NCBI GenBank assembly: GCA_050084985.1
Contig: JBITNC010000001.1
Span: 177,382,001-177,446,000 of the forward strand
DNA from: Nageia nagi
Taxonomy: Eukaryota; Plantae; Pinophyta
Reading direction: 5' to 3'
DNA length: 64,000 bases
The stretch's first letter is position 1. Every line of letters begins with the position of its first letter. Shown here one piece after another: positions 49,401 through 58,400 of the stretch. Position numbers and translations under genes: made by a program. Below the pieces are notes generated by a model. That model searched no databases, had not been told where the DNA came from, and worked only from the letters and a program-made list of their open reading frames with translations.

Positions 49401-52400
49401 GCAAGTTGACTTGCAAGGCTCGCGAAAGATACCAACACCTAGGTGGAAGGGCGTTACCCGTACTTGCTATGAGGACTGGTTACCTCATAGGTCTCTAGAA
49501 ATGGGTGTGCGAGAATTGACTCAGGAAACTGGTTAGGATGTTTGAAGCTGACGCCAACTCAAATAAAATTTGTTAATCAAGGACTCGGATTGTCCCTATA
49601 TCTAGACAAGGGTTGTTTCTCAACCAAGATAAATAAAATTAGGGTTGCGAAAGCTACGAAAAAAAGTGTAAAATAAAAGAAAAGTGGGAGGGAAGATGGA
49701 AAATGACCAAAGGCATATAAGTTGAGCTCTTTGCATCAACCTTCACTGACAAGTAGTGTCTAAGAGCCAAGTTCCTTCGGGTTTTTTGTGAGTTCCACGC
49801 ACCCACACATCCTTTCATTCTAACCAAACTACACGAAGGATCTAGAAGAAGGATTCGTCCACATGCAGTAGCCAACCACACGAATGGTCTACTAAAGGGA
49901 ACATGTGTCTAAGGGGACAAGGATAACACTTTCAATGTGGATGAAGTTCAGATGCTAAACGTCATAAAGGAACCCACTTTCAAATTTATACAAGCCTAGC
50001 TGCATACTACAAACAATCATCAACAATGCATCACATTTGACACTTCGAAGGTATATTCAACCATTCTTCCACCCACCTCTTAAGAGGTTTGTGAAATATT
50101 CCAAGTATCTAACCAACACACACATCAATGATTATCATAACATGTTCAAGTTCATAGTACCATAAAAATGGAGTTGTGCAATATTCATTCATAAAGGTCA
50201 TGCCACATTCACAATAGACAAGTATAAAATAGAAAGAATTATTTACTCGTCTAGTTGCAAAATGTTCATGGTTTCATTTTCAAAACTTCCTCCCCTTTTT
50301 ACAAATGAGCCCCTCTAGGGCTATTTATAGTTTGCAAGGCAAACCTAAGCGTTGTCCTAACCCTAACTAATATAAAATTATTAAAATTCGGGCGGTCAAA
50401 TAAAAAATATACCACGTGGCATCACCAGATTTAGTCCAGCATTTGTGGGAGCAAATCCTCATCCATCACAAGGCTTTAACAAAATTTTATAAAATTTGAG
50501 GCCCTAAATACTGAATTATGCAAAAATAAAATAAAATTAAAAATATTGCATCCAAGATGCAATCGGGTTCCATCAACTAGCATTCACAAGTCCATCAGCT
50601 GCTTCTCCATCCACGGTTCCGGCCTTGGAGTCCTCTCCCTTGCTGATTCTAGGCGTGTTTGTCCCTGAGTGGTCTCCTCCTATGGATGGCGTGGCTTAAG
50701 GAGTATGATCTCTTCAAGGCTTGTCTGCCTCTGGCTCTCCTCCAATTCCTTGGCCATCCTAGTGATGTCTCTAACCCGGTTAGCTCTAGTGATCTTAACC
50801 TTACTGATCTTAGTCTTCACAGTTTGAGTCTCCACGTCCTGGGATTTCTTTGGATCCTTGTTCAGGAAGACCCTGGTGACAAACAATGTGTTGTTGACCT
50901 TGAAGACGAACTGACTTACATGATGAGTCTTCGTGGACTCATCCTTCACCTTTTGGCTGGGATCTTCATGTAGTGCCCTCATCATGGTTGTAAAGTCAAA
51001 GGTGAGTTCTGTCTTTGGTGAGGCTTCATCAACGATCACAGTCTCCTTTGGCTTGACCTTTCCCCCTTTGTCTTAGGATTCATCTCTGCCATTGGATGTG
51101 GGATGGTGCCTTAAGTGTTTTAGTAGATGGAGATGAGGAGTTCCTTAGCTTGTCTCTTGGAAGGGTTCCCGAGGGTCTTAGTTTCAAAGCTCAGGTGAGT
51201 TCACAAAGAGAGAGCAGTGTTGGCGCGCAGAAATGAAGGCTGGTTTGCCCCATTTTATAAATATTTCTAGTGTTTTCTTAGGGCAATGCCTTCAAATGCC
51301 TAGGGATGTGTACCTTTAGAGATGGGCACTCGCATCTTGGCACACAACTCGAGGTTAGCTAGCTCCTTGGAGGTTGGAGCAAGTGTTTTGGGGTCAAGGG
51401 AGATGTCTTGGTCCGGACTTGCACTGGGATAAGGAGAGACAGGGCTGGCGCATGTGTGAGGGGAGACAAGCATGCTGTCTCCTGTTGTACTTGTGCCAAG
51501 GATGAAGGATGTGAACCCAACGCAGGTGTGGAGGAAGTCATGGAGGTTGTCCTCCTCCTATCTTGTGCCCAAAGAGGGAATGTTCAGCACTTAGCCAATT
51601 TCGTTCCTAACTTTCCTAAATGCTCCTCTGATCCTTTTGGAATGTTGGCGCAGGTCTAGGAGAGGTCACCACCCCTATCTTAGTGTGCACTTGTGTTGGA
51701 AAGGGACATACAGGCTTGGCTCAAGTCCTCCAAGGGTCATGAAGGTTGTCTTCATCCGGACATGCACCCAAGGAAGACATGCTCCAGACTTGGTCAAATT
51801 TCATCATTATTGCTCAAAATCATCTTTTGGAGCCCTTACGAAGCTGGCACAAGTCAAGGGTGATTCATGAGGGGTGTCTTCATCCACTCTTGCGCTAGGA
51901 AGTCATGCATGGGTTGAGTGCACATCCCGGGTGAGACAAAAAGTTTGTCTTCCTTCCAACCTGCACCAAGGCATTGCATGTTCCGAACTTAGCCAAATTT
52001 ATTTCTTGATGCTCAGAATCGCCATCCGAACCCTCTAGGGAGTTGGCACAAGTCTGGGAAGGGATGTGGGCATTGTCTCCTCATAGGCATGCGCTCAGTC
52101 ATGCCTTAGCCAAAATCCCAATCCGTTGTCCGCAAAAGTCCAATGTTGATCTTCGCTCAACAATCCTGGCCCCCAACGCCTCGAGGTCTTGAAGCACCGC
52201 CAACTTGATCATAGCTGCCATAGACTCCTTGCCAAAATTTTGAGGGTCTAGAAACACCTCTTGTCTCACATCTAGCACTCGAGAAAAGATCGTCGCATTA
52301 CACCCTTCTTCTAGACTTCTTTGGAGGAAGGATCTCGTAGGAGGGCAAGAGATGACCCTCTTCCCTAACTGACATACTAGGAGGTGTCTACATGATACCC

Positions 52401-55400
52401 ATATTCCTTCAAGGACTCGATAGACTACATCCTTTTAGAGTTGATATGGGCTTAGATTCTAGAGATTATGAGATTCCATCATGACAACACCATTAAGAGC
52501 TTCTTCACATTGTCCCCTAGCTTGTCCTTGGGTAGACCCTTCTTACCCACCCTCAACAATATAGTATTCTGTTTTTTTATTCTCTTCTTAATTCTAGGGT
52601 TTCAACCTCCTATTGTATCTTTTAGTTAGTTTTGCTTTAGTGGGGACCTTCGTAGACTTGATTTCTACTTTACGACCCATGTGTACTCTAGTCCCATTGA
52701 CCGCTTTTGGTCACCTATGAACATTAATATATTTTCTTTTTTCTTTCTTTCTTTCTATAAAGGATGATAGGAACTTTATAATTCATTTTTGTCTAGACCT
52801 AGCTTGTGATCCATGAGATGATACCCCCTATTGTTGAAAAGCAAATTGTTCCCCTTGCCTTGGCCAAGATAGGCGGATCATAGAGGCCCTAGAAATAGTA
52901 GCTTGTTGGTAGCATCATATAGGGTGTTCTATGCTCCTAAGGATGGGAAATATATGAAAGAAGTGATTAAACTTGTGGTTTTTGAGTTATTTTGCAAGAC
53001 GTAAAGCTTGCTAGTGAATGTCTCATGAATGTATAAACATGAGAACCTCTCGTTTAGGTAGCAAAAAAGGCAGCAAGTAATTTTCACAAGTTCTTGAAAA
53101 ATTAAAATAATCTCCTTCAAGTCTCAAAAGAGATATGACACTTGAAAATGAACGGATTCTTAGTCTCCACCTCTTGAATGGAATAGAGGAGCCGAATCTT
53201 GGTGTCTCAAGGTACGAGGTGATTAGTTTCCACTCACAATTGATATGTAGGAAAGTCTAAGGCCACGAGTCCAATTCTGTTAAGCATATATACGATGATT
53301 ATTGATACCATCCTTAATGTACTGGAAATGTTGAGCATACAAAGCTAATTTGGGACAAGAGGTTGATGTGTAAAGATTCATGTGACTAGAATATATTGTT
53401 TATAGATTTCTTTGCTAATTGCTTTCTTGACCTGCTTCTTGTTGAGAAGGCAAGGAGTGGCATTCAAGGATTATTTGAAAGAGAAGGCTGACCTTGAAGT
53501 ACAAACCTTGTTGCCACCTTCCTAAACTTTTTTGGCCACTTACTCAAAAGTGCGTAGGGTAAGTAGGGATATCTCTTTCTACCCAAACATATTGTTACCC
53601 TTGCATCTAAGTCTTTGTAGATGGAAGATAGTCTTGAAGATCCTCTCATGACAAAGTAGTTGGATGGAAAATTTGTCATGAAGAATACATAAGGATTGAC
53701 TTTGTATATTGGATCACTCGTTGGAGGAGAATTTCAATTTGTTTAATACATGCTTAATTAGTAGCCCCAAACCTCAGAACTGTAAAGGACTGTAGGCTTA
53801 ATGATATTGTTGAAGAGGTGCATCTTGGTGAGGATGTCTTGAAAATTGTAATATTCCAAATTATAAAAATTAGGAATTGTCACAAATTATATCAAGAAAA
53901 TGCAAAATAAGTAAGTATGGATGCCAAGAAATCAGATCTGATATTATTGAAGCTCAAGAGACAAATACAAATGTCCAAAAGGGCCTCTAGGGCTGGACGC
54001 CACACAACAAATGCTCAAAATGCAACTACAATGGGCCAAAGGGCTCAACATCTTGCTTACTGGCCAGACCTAGTGCTCTAACTCCTCCAGAAGGTTGACG
54101 TCACACTCCTGGGATGATGATCTCCTGAATCTGAATACTGAAAGCCTTCTCACAAGGTGTTTGGAGCTTAATGAGGCTCCACCGAGGGCACGAAAGCTTG
54201 ATGAGGCTTCCGATCCTCAGAACAAGGGTGGCATTGGCCAATTAGCAAGTAGATGATCAAATGTGCAAAAGATATCCCTCAACCATGCGTCCGCTTCTTA
54301 TACCCAGACATCACACTAGAGGCTAGATGTCCATCTTAGGATCCCCGAAATCATCTTGGATCATGCATGCTTGGACATTGGGCCTTAAGAAGCATGATTG
54401 TACCTCAAAGTCATAACAATCACTCCTAGATGTCCTAAATACCTTGTTTTCCTCAAGGAAGGCAAACATCCCACTTAGGGCTCACAATTATCCTTGAGAT
54501 TTACAAATAAATAATAAATTGGCCTACTCTTACTAAAGAGGGGCTTTTATAAATAAAATACAAAATCACTTCTAATTGATAAATATATTTTTGATATTTA
54601 TTCAATTATGTAATTTCCAATTATGAAATATTACAACAATGTACCTAGAAGCATTGATTTTCCAGAGTCCAGACAAATGTGCATTCTTTACAAATTCATG
54701 CTCATGTATCAGGCTTCAGGGAGAGTCCAATTAATTGAACTCATGATCTGAACCTCATTGTCCTTGGAAAAGAACTAGAAGTTGGAGAAATCAGAACTCA
54801 TTTTTTGAGATGTTGAAGACCATAACCCTAGTTTTGGTATGGTTGATTGCATTCTGATGAAGCTCACAAGAGCAAGAACATCTAACCTCTCTGTAATCCA
54901 TCCATGCAATGAGCAAGGAGATCTACATCATCAGCAAAGAGTATTATAGCAATGGGATCATGATGTGGAAAATATCCATCCCTTCATGTGTTCATTGACA
55001 ATGAAGTCTTAAAGCTCATTCTCATAGTCACGAGGAGGAGAGGGATGCCAATATTTTGTACTTTTTGGACCAAAAGGTGCCTTGGTACTATATCAAAGGC
55101 ATTCTTGAAGTCAACAAAGCAACAAAAGACCTTGAAAGACTGCAAGTGGGCCTCATCAATGACAACTTGAGTAAAAATGCAGTCATTAGTTTGATAATTA
55201 CTTTTGAATCCTGTTTGCCCTTTTTCTTTAAGCCTATCTTTCCAAAATAATTAAGAGAGCTTTACATCAAAGATTGTGGCATACAACATGATAGAAGTGC
55301 ACCCAATAATAATAGTTCTAGTTCTTCAAGTTTGATCTGTCCATGGATTTGTTGATTGGATGGATATATCCCATGAATAGTAGGGAGGGAAACCACAATG

Positions 55401-58400
55401 GGCAACACTGTTAAACAAATGGTAATGCAGTAAACTAGTGAATATAAACCATGCTTAAAGAATTTTTGCTTGAAATTACTTCACAATCAACAACGTAATT
55501 GGTTTAGAATATCATGGTAATGCAGTAAACTTTTTAAATTCTCTTCAGATGTCAGTAATGGAGAAGAAAAGACAAGAGGCAGGAGGAGAGAAGACATGAA
55601 TTGTCGGCTGGTTTAGAATATCATGTGGCATAGTGTTGGGACTCTGCAGTTCCTGACAAGACTCTTTGAGTCCCAAACTTTGTAAAGGCTAATGAGTCTA
55701 GATGACTAGACTTCTAAGTCTCCCCAAAACCATGATTTTGTGTAAGTCCGTTGGAGTAAGAAACAAAATAAAAATAGAAAACGGTATTTGAAACTTTGTG
55801 TATTACATCCATTTGGCTTTGTTTTTCTTTTCTTATCATTTATAATGTTAATTTGATTACATGTTGTATGTCACCGATATGATTTTTCTAAGGAATGTAT
55901 AAAAACAATATTTCTTATTGTCTAGTTTGGCAAATTTATTCGATGTTCTTGGTTTCAGAGTCTCTTTCAAGATTTTGCTAAGTTATTTTTCTATTTGTTA
56001 GTTCATGCACGAGTCAAAAATAGGCCATTGGAGTGAGTGTCAATGTTATGACATGCTAGACCCATGAGTTTTGGTGGATGGCAGAAAAGATGGTTTTCTT
56101 GGGATGAAGGGTGTGCAAAAAGGTTCTGGGAGAGTTATGGATTTCATCAACGTGCTCATATTTTCTAGAGGCTAGAAAATCCCATTTCTTGCATTAAAGG
56201 TTATGGCTATTCGTCATGACTAGAGGATTTGAAGCATGCTTATGAGATAAAACAAATTGCAAGCTCTGGTGTACGGATTCAAATTCATCATCATAGTTAT
56301 GAAACAAACCGAATCTTGTGAGTACTTGCCAAGTTGCATCAACCAAGTAGTAGCAAGAAAACTCAGATATTTGGGGATATTAGTGATTTTTGTTTTAGCA
56401 AGTTTTCTGAAAACACAATTTCTTGCCTATTTTTTCAAAAATTGTTATATTTTTTTCTTTTCAAAATTTCCTCCAAATAAGTTTTTGAAAAGTTTCAACC
56501 TTGCCAAATATTGTCCGAATCTGAGTTTCACAACTATGATCATCATACTAACTGCTTATAGGATAAGCTTGTTTAGAATTAGAAAGTTAAGAGGGAAGGA
56601 GTGAAGCGCTGCCTCCCAAAATGGCAGGGATAAGAAGTCATATTTAGCAATAATTTAATGGCTGCTCTATGGAAAACACACAGTAAGAAATTAAAGGGTA
56701 GGACAAAGATTTCAGAAATTTTAAGAAGTTTGAATTCTAACAAATCATGCATGTGGACATAAATATTTTATACACACCTTGCGGTAAAAATAGAAAGCCA
56801 AATTGAAGAATGTTGCTAGAAAATATATCACTCTCATTCAATCTATTTAAAACTGAATGTTGCTAGAAATATAAAGGAAGCTCCTTTATGATGGCTATGA
56901 AAAATAGGTGTCTCCCATAATGACTAATACCATGGCTTCCTTTTCCTGCAAATATAGTTGTTTATCGTCTTAAAATCTGCTTCTTGAACACTTTTATGGC
57001 CACATGTTGCCCAAGAATGTCAAGATTGCATGAAAAAATTTCCCAACAATGGGCAGATGTTTCTTATGTATGTTCTTCGATTACTTGCATATCAATCAAG
57101 ACCTTCCTCCCACTTCTTTGATCTTGTGGGATACTTGAGCAAAGAAAATAGCGTGTATCTGAAGGGGGTGGGTTAGTTGTAGACTTAACCTTTAATGGCC
57201 TTTTTAATAAACAGTGACTTATTACATGACATTTAGTAGATAAATACAATACTTTATCAAATACAGGAAAAGAATGTTACAGTCTTTAACACATCAATAG
57301 GCCAATTGATTTGAACCAAACTAAGCCAAGCTATGACATAATAGTGGTTGATATGCATGACACATGCTGCTTTTTTGGGTGTTACATTAATTTTTCTTAT
57401 CCATTATTTTAACAAGAAAGGATTACCGTATATAATAGAAAGAACAATATGGTACTGTAAATGCTATATAGAGCAGCACTTTAACTTCTTTCCTAGGTAG
57501 GAATTGCTCACATATCTCATTTGGCTCAAATAGCAGTGACATCTGCTAAGGAGATTTATCTTGGCATACTCCATTACGTGCTTACTTTTTTTATTTTAAC
57601 TTGGACATGGTTTTTGTACATGGAATTTTGTAGATCATTTTCAGTGTTGCATGCAGTAAAAAATTATTGATGAAACCTGAAGGACATTACACTGCTAATA
57701 CTGTTGAAACTGTCAGATATTATGTTCATCTTCCATCATAGTTTTCATTTTATTTCCAAAAAAATACTGATGGATCTTAAGTACATTATGCTTTATGAGG
57801 TTAGTTTCTTATATACGTGTATTCTAAACATTTTTTTTTTTTTTTTTGAGGGGTTCAAGTTTATAGGATGCATAAGTTATGTATAAACTATAAAACAAAT
57901 AATAGCTATTTGTAGTCCTGTTGCAGCATGATATTATGTAAGTTGAGCTTAAAGCCTTGGTGAACTAATATGTAATTTAAAAAATTTTAGAAGTTATGTA
58001 TAGCTTTCGATGATGCTCTCCTGGAGTTGTGGAATTCAATTACTACTTCTTGTGAATCCATCAACTAAAGGGTTCCAAAGGGAAGGACAGTCCGCTCCTT
58101 TTGAAAGATTAGATTGCTTTCAAGATGTGAGGAGCCTTCAGTTTTCAAAGAACACCAATTTATTCAAAATTTAATTTCTAATAATATAATATTCATTTTT
58201 CCAGGTGGATCCGTCGACATTAGGTGTTCGGAGAGAATTTGAAACATTTGTTTTGGGAGATGCACTTTATCAATTCAAACTAATTAACAAGTTCAGAACA
58301 CCTCTTGAAAAGGTAACTATTTAAAGGAGACTCTTACTTTGGTAGATAGCCTCTCTCTAAGACTGTTCTACTTATTAATTTTGATAGCTCTTCTAGGGGT

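Noticed and set aside
49361-52261. TSD for the second long LTR copy
   Set aside because: Left flank GATGG does not match any plausible right flank (AACAC, CCTCT), so it is not claimed as a clean solo LTR.
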